Source of the DNA: an uncultured candidate division Zixibacteria bacterium
GTDB lineage: Bacteria; Zixibacteria; MSB-5A5; GN15; FEB-12
Length of the DNA: 64,000 nt
Assembly (NCBI GenBank): GCA_963735035.1
Contig: CAVTJJ010000003.1
Coordinates: 832,001-896,000, forward strand
Reading direction: 5' to 3'
Shown here: positions 19,750 through 29,287 of the stretch, in pieces
Layout: each line of letters begins with the position of its first letter
How positions within the stretch are numbered: position 1 is the stretch's first letter
Made by a program: the position numbers and the translations under genes
The notes under the pieces: generated by a model
Database searches by the model: none
Told to the model about the DNA's origin: nothing
The model's input: the letters and a program-made list of their open reading frames with translations, nothing else

Positions 19750-21048
19750 CTAGAAAAGTGCGCCGTAGGTTATACCGGTGATAGTCGCCATAATCACCAC
19801 CAAAGATACATAGACAATCGTCTTCTTCATCCCCACAAGCGAGCGAAGTACCAGCATGCTTGGCAGCGACAGTGCCGGGCCCGCAAGCAAAAGTGCAAGC
19901 GCCGGACCCTTGCCCATACCGCTTCCTAACAAACCCTGTAGAATAGGCACTTCGGTCAGCGTGGCAAAATACATGAAGGCCGCAACCACGGCGGAGAATA
20001 GATTGGCCCAGAGCGAATTGCCGCCCACGGACCTACTGATCCATTCTGATGGAATCAGACCTTCATTTCCGGGGCGACCCAGTAGAAGTCCAGAGATCAG
20101 CACCCCGGCCAGCAACAGCGGGAGAATCTGCTTAGCGAACATCCAGGTCTGCGAAAACCACTCGCCCGCCTCCCCTTTGCTCCTGCTTGCCACGATCGCC
20201 AATCCTACCGAGCCTGCGGCAAACGCCAGCATGGGACTTACGAAGATGATTCCGACCGCCGCGGTGGCCGAAGCCACAGCCAACAACGGTGCGAGGCTGA
20301 ACTCGAACCAGAGCACCAGGAAAATTCCAAGAAGAATCGCCGCCGCTCCGGTGATCCACCATTTCACCGTATAGATCTGCATCCAGAGTCCGACCTCCAT
20401 CTCCGGCCTCGCCCAGTTGGCAAATACGAGGATGGATATCATGGAGCTGAAGTAGAGTACCGTCTGCCACAGCGGACGGGATGCTTCCGGTTCCGGCAGG
20501 TTCATCTGCGCTTCAACCCGATCAGCCTCTTCCTTTCGGAATATGAAGTGCATCAGCAGACCGATCACCACACTGAATAGGATCGCCCCTATCGCGCGCG
20601 CCACGCCCAGCTCGAGGCCGAGGATACGCGCCGTCAGAATGATCGCCAAGACGTTGATCGCCGGTCCAGCATAGAGAAAAGCGGACGCCGGTCCGAGCCC
20701 CGCCCCCATTCGATATATCCCGGCAAAAAGCGGCAGCACGGTGCAGGAACAGACCGCGAGAACCGTTCCTGACACCGAGGCCACACCGTAGGCCATGAAC
20801 CGGTTAGCGCGCACCCCCAGGTACTTCATAACTGAGGCCTGCTTGACAAAGACACCGATGGCACCTGCAATGAAGAAGGCGGGAATCAGGCAAAGAATGA
20901 CATGCTCACGGGCGTACCAGCGCGACAACTCAAGCGCTTCGTTGACCGCTCCGCGGAACCGTGGCGCCTCTGTCGGCAGGAAGAAGATTATCAGAAAGGC
21001 AGCCGTCAGAGCTACCAGTCCTTTCCATTCCTGTTTCCAGTCTATCAT
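19750..21048 (-). CDS. ArsP (DUF318) family permease
   Basis: LAVCSCTVLPLF, FLYAGPAIN, MYFATLTEVP, GPALSLP. Confidence 0.88.
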   Translation of the reverse strand: MIDWKQEWKGLVALTAAFLIIFFLPTEAPRFRGAVNEALELSRWYAREHVILCLIPAFFIAGAIGVFVKQASVMKYLGVRANRFMAYGVASVSGTVLAVCSCTVLPLFAGIYRMGAGLGPASAFLYAGPAINVLAIILTARILGLELGVARAIGAILFSVVIGLLMHFIFRKEEADRVEAQMNLPEPEASRPLWQTVLYFSSMISILVFANWARPEMEVGLWMQIYTVKWWITGAAAILLGIFLVLWFEFSLAPLLAVASATAAVGIIFVSPMLAFAAGSVGLAIVASRSKGEAGEWFSQTWMFAKQILPLLLAGVLISGLLLGRPGNEGLIPSEWISRSVGGNSLWANLFSAVVAAFMYFATLTEVPILQGLLGSGMGKGPALALLLAGPALSLPSMLVLRSLVGMKKTIVYVSLVVIMATITGITYGALF

Positions 21049-21058
21049 TCGCGGCTCC

Positions 21059-21394
21059 TCAACGACTCACCTGGCTCTTTGTTGCGGCCACCGCCACTCG
21101 CGCGTTGGCTTTCAGCACCCTCTCCACACAGCCAAAGAAATTCAGAATGCATGGCACTTTGAGCCGATACCACACCTGAAGTCCCCGCTTCTCGTCCTGG
21201 ACTAATCCGGCCTGCTTTAGGATCGACAAATGCTTGGAAACGGTGGATATGTCGTCGCCGATCATGTCGCGCAGCTCGCAGACGCATCGCTCCGCACGCG
21301 ATAGTTCATCGACTATCAGCAGCCGGGTTGGGTGGGCCAACGCCTTGATCACTACGGCGCGGGCTTCGAAGGTTCTCTTTGTGTTTTCGTTCAT
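21059..21394 (-). CDS. arsR: ArsR/SmtB family metalloregulator
   Basis: KALAHPTRL, RCVCEL (alpha-3 Cys pair), STVSKHLSILKQAGLV. Confidence 0.9.
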   Translation of the reverse strand: MNENTKRTFEARAVVIKALAHPTRLLIVDELSRAERCVCELRDMIGDDISTVSKHLSILKQAGLVQDEKRGLQVWYRLKVPCILNFFGCVERVLKANARVAVAATKSQVSR

Positions 21395-21418
21395 ACTAAG
21401 ATATCTACCACTTGCCTG

Positions 21419-21452
21419 TTTGGCAAAATAACCAAATAGCTGAACCAGTCAA
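21419..21452 (-). promoter_or_regulatory. ars operon promoter with overlapping inverted repeat (putative ArsR operator)
   Basis: TTGACT-N16-TATTTT on the minus strand; TTTGG-N8-CCAAA at 21419-21436 overlaps the -10 box. Confidence 0.6.
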
Positions 21453-21492
21453 GGTTTTTTTCTGATTTCTATATCTAGTTGGCGCCCAATGC

Positions 21493-21524
21493 AAAACCGG
21501 CGAGGGTGTAACGCCCCCGCCGGT
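21493..21524 (-). terminator. Intrinsic terminator after MCP
   Basis: ACCGGCGGGGG-loop-CCCTCGCCGGT followed by TTT on the minus strand. Confidence 0.65.
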
Positions 21525-21548
21525 CATCAAAGACTAAGCGAAATAGTT

Positions 21549-23597
21549 CTAGGCCCGGTTACCCTGCAGTACCTTGAACTTCGAAACCATCTGGCGCATA
21601 GCCTCGGCCTGACGGTTCAGCTCTTCCGCCGCCGCCGCCGACTGCTGCGCACCGGTCGCAGATTCGCGAGCGATGGCCGTAACGTTTTCCACGTTCTTGG
21701 AAATCTGCTCGGCCGCCGAAGACTGCTCTTCGGAAGCTGTCGCTATCTGCTGAATCATGTCCTGCACCTGCTGGGCCATGCTAACGATCGAGGTCAGGCT
21801 GTTTCCCGCCTGATCAGCCAGTTCACGACCCTTGTCGACTTCCTGGATACCGGTTTCCATCGACTTGACCGCTTCTTCGGTCTCCTGCTGGATACCTTTG
21901 ATCATGCCGGTGATTTCGCCGGTCGCTTTGCCGGTACGCTCGGCCAGTTTGCGGACTTCATCGGCTACGACTGCGAAACCGCGACCCTGCTCGCCGGCGC
22001 GAGCCGCTTCGATAGCAGCGTTCAGAGCCAGCAAGTTGGTCTGGTCGGCGATGTCATCGATTACGCCGATGATCTCACCGATCTGGTCGGCCGACTTGGC
22101 CAGCTTGGCAATCGATTCCGCCGATTCACGAACCACGGCGGCAATGCGCTGCATACCCTGAATCGTTCCGTTAACGATCTGGCCACCGGAGGTAGCCGTC
22201 TCGGCAGCCTTGTGAGCACCAGTGGTGGCGTCTCCGGCATTCTTGGAGGACTCGACAATGGTAGCCGTCATCTCTTCGACCGCGGTCGAGACCTGACCCA
22301 TCTGGTCGGTCTGATCCTTGGCGCCGCGTGACATCTGCTCCGAAGACGACGCCACTTCGTTGGCGGCCGATACCAGTTGTCCGGCACCGTCGGTCAACTG
22401 ACGGATCATGTCGGACAGATTGATCGTCATGCTCTTGAATGATTTGCCCAGCACGTCGGCATCTGATTTCGGCTCGACTTTGACGGTCAGGTCGTTGTCG
22501 GCGATACGTTGGGCCGCGTTGGCTAATCCCTTCATGTACTCAATAAGGCCGCGGAAGGCCTGAGCGAGGACACCGATCTCGTCCTTGGACCGTACTTCGA
22601 TGTCATGATCCACATCACCCAGCGCAATCTGCTGCGCCACGTTCGCCATTTGCGAAACCGGCCGTGAAATCAAGCGCGATACGTAGAAGGCGATAAAGGC
22701 CCCGAGTACTAGCGCTATCATTGAAATTAGGATAGGCAACATGGCACTGGACTCGGCAGCGTCGATAGTGGATTTCGTCTGCGTTGCGCCGGCTTCCGCT
22801 GCCTTGGCATACCCGTCTTCAATAAGGGGTTCAAGTTGATGCACAGCTTCGCGCATGATGTCAGTCTGTTTTGTTATTTCCTGGTCTTTTCCTACCAATG
22901 CCAGAAACGAGGCCTCGTATTTTGAGGCACCGCTGTTGAGGGCCTCTTTCTGAGAAGCGCTCAACCTGCTGCTACGGCCATTAAGCTGCATAACCGCCAG
23001 TTGCTCCTGGACTGACTTGACGTACTTCTGATCAAGCCGGAGCAAATAGTCCTTCTCATTCTTTCTGACCGTCAGGAGGTCGGCCTTCAGTTGAAGGTCC
23101 TTGCTATCGGTCGCTACGGCTTCAAGTGCGTGCGCAGCCTCTCTAAACTGACCCTGCAGACCGGAATTCTCATCCAGTCCCTTTTCCTGACAGGCAGTAG
23201 TCACTGTATGAAAACCTGATAAGTAGATATCAGCATTCTTGCCTATAGTTGCCGCCTTCTCAGCCCCTTCTTTGTCGCCGTGTGATTGCTCGATTTCTTC
23301 CAAATTCTGAGCTTCAGCTTTCAATTTTGCTACCGCCTCATCCACCATTGCGACGTATTTTACATCCAGGCGGAGCAAGAAGTCTTTCTCTGACCGGCGG
23401 GCCTGCAGCATATAGCGATCGATGTTGGCATTGGCGATCTGCGCACCTAAGTCCTGACTGATGGTGCCCTCGAAACCACCCAATGTGCCCTTGAGATTGT
23501 TGTAAGACATGAATGTCACTATTGCCAGCAAAACCAGCACAGCGCCGAAACCGGTATACAGTTTCGCTCCCACGTTGAAATCTCTAAAGTTCTTCAT
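21549..23597 (-). CDS. Methyl-accepting chemotaxis protein (helical periplasmic sensor)
   Basis: Two TMs, duplicated [20 protein letters not shown] helical sensor repeat, HAMP, canonical signalling tip. Confidence 0.95.
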   Translation of the reverse strand: MKNFRDFNVGAKLYTGFGAVLVLLAIVTFMSYNNLKGTLGGFEGTISQDLGAQIANANIDRYMLQARRSEKDFLLRLDVKYVAMVDEAVAKLKAEAQNLEEIEQSHGDKEGAEKAATIGKNADIYLSGFHTVTTACQEKGLDENSGLQGQFREAAHALEAVATDSKDLQLKADLLTVRKNEKDYLLRLDQKYVKSVQEQLAVMQLNGRSSRLSASQKEALNSGASKYEASFLALVGKDQEITKQTDIMREAVHQLEPLIEDGYAKAAEAGATQTKSTIDAAESSAMLPILISMIALVLGAFIAFYVSRLISRPVSQMANVAQQIALGDVDHDIEVRSKDEIGVLAQAFRGLIEYMKGLANAAQRIADNDLTVKVEPKSDADVLGKSFKSMTINLSDMIRQLTDGAGQLVSAANEVASSSEQMSRGAKDQTDQMGQVSTAVEEMTATIVESSKNAGDATTGAHKAAETATSGGQIVNGTIQGMQRIAAVVRESAESIAKLAKSADQIGEIIGVIDDIADQTNLLALNAAIEAARAGEQGRGFAVVADEVRKLAERTGKATGEITGMIKGIQQETEEAVKSMETGIQEVDKGRELADQAGNSLTSIVSMAQQVQDMIQQIATASEEQSSAAEQISKNVENVTAIARESATGAQQSAAAAEELNRQAEAMRQMVSKFKVLQGNRA

Positions 23598-23724
23598 AAT
23601 TCCTTCGTCCTTCCCCTTACGTTTATTTGAGCAGGAATGATTGCAGTCCCGCTAATTCCCTCTAAGTCTCTGATAGGGGCGGGTCCGAAGATGAACTCGC
23701 CCCACAGTATTCGCTACCTCTGCC

Positions 23725-25170
23725 TCAGAACGCCATCTGCAGGTTGATCGAGGTGGTAGTCTTCTGACCCAGGTGGTCGCCGGTGTCATCAAGATCAACG
23801 TTGAACTGCAATTTGGTGTACTTGTCATCCACGAACAGGTTGGTGCCAAACGTCAACCGCGAGGTCGTATTCTTGGTAACGGCCCGGTTCGGATCCGTCT
23901 GCTCATAGCGAGTCAGGAACTCCACCATCGGCAGGAACTGCCAGCCGGTGCTCAGGCCCTGTGACGCATAGGTGTACCAGCCCGCTTTGTCGGTAGTGCC
24001 GGTCTGGTTGTAGATCATCTCAGCCATCACCTGGGTCTTGGACCATTTCCAGCCCAGTGAGGCTCCGTATACGGTCATGTCCTTGGCGACACTGTCAACA
24101 CCGTTGTCTTTGCCGTCCAGGACGTTCGAGGCAAAGGTGAACATGTTGAAGAACTGGAATTCGCCGCGGAAGACGAAATTCTTACGACCGTTGGCGTCGG
24201 TGGTATTCACACCGGAACCGTTGAAGACACCCGACGTGAGTTTGAAATTGAACTGCTTGCTGACCTTCTGACGGTACGACAGACTCGCACCGATGTCCCG
24301 GTTCGGGCCGTAGGCCGAAGCCAGGGAACTGTTGATAAACGGCATGGACGTGGATGAAACCAGAAAGTCGGTGCCGAACGGAGTCTTGTACTGACCCAGG
24401 CTCATCGACCAGTTCGGATGAGGCGACACGGTCAGTTCGGCGTCGTTCAGGGCCGGAGTGGAACCGGCAAATTGGCTGACTACCTTGATGCGGGCGTACT
24501 TGTTCAGTTCACCGCTGACACCAAGTTCGGCGCGACGCGTCCGGAAAGTCGACTTTTCATGCGACGGATCGACGAAGTGCGAATGCACGAATCCGGTAAC
24601 AGCGATCTTGCCGTGACCGATTCGGGCAGCGTTGATATCGGAACCGTTCTTCAGAGCCGCTCCCTCGAGCTGCTTGTTGATTGTTCCCAGACGTTCGTAG
24701 ATCTTGTCCAGCACGGTATCCTGCTGCTCAGGAACGTAGAATCCCTCGTTGTCGAGCGAAGCCAGCAGCTTCTGGTTCGAGGCGTTGTTGGCCTGAAGCG
24801 TCGACATTTCGGCTTTAATCGAGGCGATGTCGCTGACCAAATTGGACAGATCAGCCTCGGAAAGTGACGGCTGGGTCTTCTGAGCCGCCAGCTTGGCCAC
24901 TTCCGCCTTCAGAGTCTGCAGTTCCTGCTGCATCTGCGCGAGAACTGAATTGTCTACCGCGCCGCCGGTCGCGGGCGTCTGTTTCATTTCGGTGCGAAGT
25001 TTCTGCACCTCTTGTTGACGCGCAGTGGATTCCTGCTCCACGAGAGCCTTCAAATTGGCTTCCACTTTGTCAACCGCCTGCAGCAGGGCATTGAAGTCCT
25101 GCGCCATCAAACTCGTCTGGCTGACCAGCAGCAGTACGAGCACGACTAGAGCATTAAGTAGCCCCCTCAT
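23725..25170 (-). CDS. Outer-membrane porin (OprO/OprP-like) with long N-terminal coiled coil
   Basis: Signal peptide, about 150-aa heptad region, FRTRRAELG, LGQYKTPF, NRDIG, GVFNGSG; C-terminal Phe. Confidence 0.8.
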   Translation of the reverse strand: MRGLLNALVVLVLLLVSQTSLMAQDFNALLQAVDKVEANLKALVEQESTARQQEVQKLRTEMKQTPATGGAVDNSVLAQMQQELQTLKAEVAKLAAQKTQPSLSEADLSNLVSDIASIKAEMSTLQANNASNQKLLASLDNEGFYVPEQQDTVLDKIYERLGTINKQLEGAALKNGSDINAARIGHGKIAVTGFVHSHFVDPSHEKSTFRTRRAELGVSGELNKYARIKVVSQFAGSTPALNDAELTVSPHPNWSMSLGQYKTPFGTDFLVSSTSMPFINSSLASAYGPNRDIGASLSYRQKVSKQFNFKLTSGVFNGSGVNTTDANGRKNFVFRGEFQFFNMFTFASNVLDGKDNGVDSVAKDMTVYGASLGWKWSKTQVMAEMIYNQTGTTDKAGWYTYASQGLSTGWQFLPMVEFLTRYEQTDPNRAVTKNTTSRLTFGTNLFVDDKYTKLQFNVDLDDTGDHLGQKTTTSINLQMAF

Positions 25171-25397
25171 GCTGTCCCTTCCTTTCCGTGTTGTTTATGT
25201 CTCATCAGTTTTCTTGGTATTCGAATTCAAACAGGTCATTCGGCCTGCTGTCTCGATTACATCCGGGTTGTTCCATCAACCCGTTCTCTGAATCTGGAGC
25301 ACTGACGATGAAGTATCCTATTCGCATGTACTGTGCCCCCTCCCGTTAATGTCGGATTGTATCGGTCGCACTTTATGCCTAAACGGCGACCATAGAA

Positions 25398-25416
25398 TGA
25401 CTATGGTTTGTAGTCA
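25398..25416. promoter_or_regulatory. Palindromic operator, copy 1
   Basis: TGACTA-TGGTTTG-TAGTCA upstream of the porin gene. Confidence 0.7.
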
Positions 25417-25552
25417 ATAACATACCGTGTTCGCAACTTCTGGTGTCTGTTCTATCCGCTCATTCCAGAGGCGCGCAGGCCGGTTTGGCCCGCGCGCCTT
25501 ATCGTTACTACGTCAAGAAAACCGGAGAGGATACGTCTCCCACCCGGATCAC

Positions 25553-27898
25553 TTATTTGACAGCCCCAGCCGTCATATGCTGGGACAACTCACCCAACCG
25601 GGCTATAACCTCGCGTGACGCTTCATGAGCCTGCTCGCTGAGCTGAGCTGCCTGTTCCTTGTGGCCTGCTTTGATCGCTGCCACGGCCTTATTGGCCAGG
25701 TCATGAACCCGCGCATGCGGCGGCTCCACCTGACGATAGGCGCCGTCCTGTCTCAGATCGGAGGTAGCATCCGAATAGTACCATTTCCCAAAACGGCAAT
25801 TGTGATGGTCTACGGTCTTCCACTGTTGGGCCGACTCGGGGTATCTAATAGTCTCATCGAGTTTCTTCACATAGATAGCGTGGTCCTGTTTGGCCAGATC
25901 AACTATACCCGTATTGTTGCCCAGGATTCGGAAGATCGACACGATCTGGCGCATCGATTCGGCCTGACGGTTCAGTTCTTCCGCCGCCGCGGCCGACTGC
26001 TGCGCACCGGCAGCAGATTCCCTTGCTATCGACGAAACGTTTTCCACGTTCTTCGAAATCTGCTCCGCCGCTGAGGACTGCTCACCGGCCGCCGCCGCAA
26101 TTTGCTGGATCATATCCTGCACCTGCTGGGCCATGGTCACGATCGAAGTCAGGCTGTTGCCGGCCTTGTCCGCCAGATCGCGACCCTTGTCAACTTCGTG
26201 AATACCGGTTTCCATCGACTTGACCGCCTCGACAGTCTGTTGCTGAATGCCTTTAATCATGCCGGTGATCTCTCCGGTCGCCTTGCCGGTACGTTCGGCC
26301 AGCTTGCGGACTTCATCGGCCACCACCGCGAATCCACGCCCCTGCTCACCGGCCCGGGCCGCTTCAATGGCGGCGTTGAGAGCCAACAGATTGGTCTGGT
26401 CGGCGATGTCATCGATTACGCCTATGATCTCGCCAATTTGATCGGCCGATTTAGCCAGCTTGCCGATCGAATCCGCCGATTCACGGACCACGGCGGCGAT
26501 CCGCTGCATTCCCTGAATCGTGTCGTTCACAATCTGGCCACCCGTACCCGCGGTATCGGCCGCGCTGCGGGCGCCGGTGGTGGCGTCGGAGGCGTTCTTC
26601 GATGATTCTACTATCGTCGCCGTCATCTCTTCCACCGCCGCCGAGACCTGGGCCATTTGATCGGTTTGATCCTTGGCGCCACGCGACATCTCCTCCGAAG
26701 ACGAAGCAACTTCGGTGGCCGCCGACACCAACTGCCCGGCGCCATCGGTCAATTGACGAATCATATTGGACAGATTGACCGTCATAGTCTTGAACGAGTT
26801 GCCGAGTACATCGCCGTTGGAGCGCGGCTCGACTATAGTCGTAAGATCATTGTTAGCTATACGCTCGGCCGCCAGCGCCATGGACTTCATGTAACTGATG
26901 AGCTCCTGGAACGACGTGGCCAGCTTGCCGATTTCGTCCTGAGAGCGTACCTCGATGGTGTGATCGATATTTCCCTGGGAGATTTCCGCCGCCACTCGGG
27001 CCATTTCCGACACCGGGCGCGAAATGCCGCGCGCGATGAAGAAGGCCGCCACGATGCCTATCAGGACCGCCGCTATCACGAAGATCTCTGACAGAGTCAT
27101 GGCAGACTGCTGGGCGGACAGTTCTTGTTCCTGCATGACGGCGCCCAGGGCCGCGCTTTTGGCCACCAACTGGTCGGCTATACCAGCCAGTTCTTTTCCG
27201 ACCGCCTGCTGTTCTTCACGGACTTTGAAGTATTCCTGAAAGGCGGCGTAGTACCCCTGGAAACCGGCCGTGACTTCGTCAACCTGAGCCCGATTGGCGT
27301 TGCCGACGCGAATGGTCAGGAGATGAGCCAGCATCTTTTCCTGAGTCTTGCCGACCTCATCCACGTACTTTTGTTCGTCGCGAAGGATATAATTCTTCTC
27401 TGCCTGACGGCACTGGCGTATTCCGGCTTCCAGCTTGAATCCGTCGAGCCCGCCCATAGCCTGGGCCGCCGCCAGGGCCTTACGTCCGGTGGCAACCATC
27501 TGTTCATCTAATTTAACCTGGGTGTAAGATTCCTCGGTGAATTTGCCAAATTGATTCAAGTAAGAATCAAATTGGGATTTGATTTGATCGAGCGTTGCCC
27601 GATCCTCTTCCCGGACCACCATGGCAGCGGTGGAATCTATCTGCTGAAGACACACGTTGACGTAACTACGAAGAGCATCATCGAACTTCTTGTCACTGGT
27701 AGCAAAGAAGTCCCGACGTGCCACTTCGCAGTCTTTGGCGGTCTTGATAATGTTGTCAACACCGCTGGCGCATTGCACCATGTTTTCCACCTTGTTGAAG
27801 CCGTTTAGGGCGGTCAATCCGACCGCCACGACCAGCACCAACAGGATCCCGAAACCAACATACAGTTTCTGAGCGACCTTAAGGTTATTCCAGCTCAT
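25553..27898 (-). CDS. Methyl-accepting chemotaxis protein with C-terminal CZB zinc-binding domain
   Basis: Canonical signalling tip; tail KQDH...[11 protein letters not shown]...HARVH; GGAGG RBS before ATG 27898. Confidence 0.93.
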   Translation of the reverse strand: MSWNNLKVAQKLYVGFGILLVLVVAVGLTALNGFNKVENMVQCASGVDNIIKTAKDCEVARRDFFATSDKKFDDALRSYVNVCLQQIDSTAAMVVREEDRATLDQIKSQFDSYLNQFGKFTEESYTQVKLDEQMVATGRKALAAAQAMGGLDGFKLEAGIRQCRQAEKNYILRDEQKYVDEVGKTQEKMLAHLLTIRVGNANRAQVDEVTAGFQGYYAAFQEYFKVREEQQAVGKELAGIADQLVAKSAALGAVMQEQELSAQQSAMTLSEIFVIAAVLIGIVAAFFIARGISRPVSEMARVAAEISQGNIDHTIEVRSQDEIGKLATSFQELISYMKSMALAAERIANNDLTTIVEPRSNGDVLGNSFKTMTVNLSNMIRQLTDGAGQLVSAATEVASSSEEMSRGAKDQTDQMAQVSAAVEEMTATIVESSKNASDATTGARSAADTAGTGGQIVNDTIQGMQRIAAVVRESADSIGKLAKSADQIGEIIGVIDDIADQTNLLALNAAIEAARAGEQGRGFAVVADEVRKLAERTGKATGEITGMIKGIQQQTVEAVKSMETGIHEVDKGRDLADKAGNSLTSIVTMAQQVQDMIQQIAAAAGEQSSAAEQISKNVENVSSIARESAAGAQQSAAAAEELNRQAESMRQIVSIFRILGNNTGIVDLAKQDHAIYVKKLDETIRYPESAQQWKTVDHHNCRFGKWYYSDATSDLRQDGAYRQVEPPHARVHDLANKAVAAIKAGHKEQAAQLSEQAHEASREVIARLGELSQHMTAGAVK

Positions 27899-28150
27899 TT
27901 CAAACACCTCCAAACATCTTCACTTCACCGTATTGCATATCCCTGGTTTACAAACCCGTCACGTCGGACCAAGAGCGCAGATCTAGTCGGTACGAATTTC
28001 ATGTTGGGCTCTTGTCCTGGAATCATCATTTTCGCCGACCGTCACTGCGGTCGACCGTAGTCTCTGTTAAATTAGACTGGTTAGTACTAGTTTACATTTA
28101 GGATTATCGGTCCTATGGACTGGCGGCTCTATGCCCAAAGAGTGACTCAA

Positions 28151-28175
28151 GATTGACTATGGTACATAGTCAATC
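28151..28175. promoter_or_regulatory. Palindromic operator, copy 2 (perfect 10-bp inverted repeat)
   Basis: GATTGACTAT-GGTAC-ATAGTCAATC upstream of the CZB-MCP gene. Confidence 0.78.
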
Positions 28176-28227
28176 GGAGACACCCTTCGCGACGCTCCGG
28201 GGAAGAGATATTAGGCGGTCGGCCTTC

Positions 28228-29136
28228 TTAGAGGCTTTTCAGAAGCGATTCGAGATTGGTGACGCCGTCGGCGATCTCTAGTTTCTTGCGGATGCTTCGC
28301 CTCTGGTTGTGGACCGTGCAGACAGAGGTATGCAGCACCGAGGCGATCTGCTTCGACGAAAATCCGTTTCGAATCATGTTACAGACTTCCGATTCCCGTC
28401 GCGTCAGACTGGCGGACAAGTGGTCGAGCTTCCCGACAAAAGGATCGAGCAGGTCTCTGAGCGTGCTGTCGAGCAGACCGATCAGGTGCTGGTCGGAAGT
28501 GGGCAGTTTGTCCGCCAGTATCTGCAGCATCGGGCGAATTACCCGATTGACATTGGCCTGCAGTTGCTGGTTGGTGTTGGTCTTGTACTGTTCTATCTGC
28601 TCCATGATTTCTTTGAGCGCGATATTCTTGTTCTCAAGCATGGAGCGCTCCACCCGAAGCGTATTGTTGGTCGTTTCCAGCTCCTGAAGTATCTTCTGAC
28701 GCTCGGAAGTATCCTCAACTACAGTCACGAAGTGCACTTGTTTTCCGTCGCTGTCCTCGACCGGAGTTACTGTCTGGCTTACATGAACCAGCGACCCATC
28801 TTTCAGCCTGATCCCGATCGTGCTGACTTCGGCCACATCCTTCAACATTCGAACCAAAGTATCTGTGAGTTCAGACAAATCGGTTGAGTTAACCATCGCC
28901 GCCATCGCTTGAGGGAGTATCCCCGGCTTCGCGGGAATGGACTCAACATCAGAAGCACTGGAATTGAGAGCAGCAAAGTCACCTACGGTCTTCTTTGCTC
29001 CGGTCGTTTCGCCTGGATTTACAGGATTCAGCCGATTTGCCGGCCTATCAGAAGTCTGATGGGGAATCGATTCGACGGCGTCCTGTGTGATTTCGAGCGA
29101 ATTATTGTGAGCTAACGTATCGATGATTTGCCTCAT
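28228..29136 (-). CDS. LuxR C-terminal HTH transcriptional regulator with residual PAC motif
   Basis: LTRRESEVCNMIRNGFSSKQIASVL..SVCTVHNQRRSIRKKL; KDGS...EDTSERQ PAC motif; coiled coil. Confidence 0.85.
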   Translation of the reverse strand: MRQIIDTLAHNNSLEITQDAVESIPHQTSDRPANRLNPVNPGETTGAKKTVGDFAALNSSASDVESIPAKPGILPQAMAAMVNSTDLSELTDTLVRMLKDVAEVSTIGIRLKDGSLVHVSQTVTPVEDSDGKQVHFVTVVEDTSERQKILQELETTNNTLRVERSMLENKNIALKEIMEQIEQYKTNTNQQLQANVNRVIRPMLQILADKLPTSDQHLIGLLDSTLRDLLDPFVGKLDHLSASLTRRESEVCNMIRNGFSSKQIASVLHTSVCTVHNQRRSIRKKLEIADGVTNLESLLKSL

Positions 29137-29152
29137 GCCCTGATCCTTCTCC

Positions 29153-29199
29153 TGACTATTCTCATAGTCAATATATCGGTAGTTTTGAGCAAATCCTGA
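29153..29199 (-). promoter_or_regulatory. Operator copy 3 plus putative sigma-28 promoter of the LuxR gene
   Basis: TGACTA-TTCTCA-TAGTCA at 29153-29170; TCAG-N15-ACCGATAT on the minus strand at 29173-29199. Confidence 0.6.
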
Positions 29200-29212
29200 G
29201 CAGGGGAGAGAG

Positions 29213-29262
29213 GTAGGTCGGGTTCACGAGAGTCTCGCGAAGCGAGACGCGAGCAACCCGAC
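29213..29262. repeat. Branched GTAG palindrome
   Basis: GTAGGTCGGGTTCACGA...CGCGAGCAACCCGAC, same as 4447-4496. Confidence 0.75.
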
Positions 29263-29287
29263 ACTGCCCGGCAACTGAGGCGAAAGA

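Noticed and set aside
21489..22331. 280-aa plus-strand ORF with similar ORFs at 26102-26605 and 6753-7121
   Set aside because: Antisense frames of the conserved MCP signalling domains, not a separate gene family.
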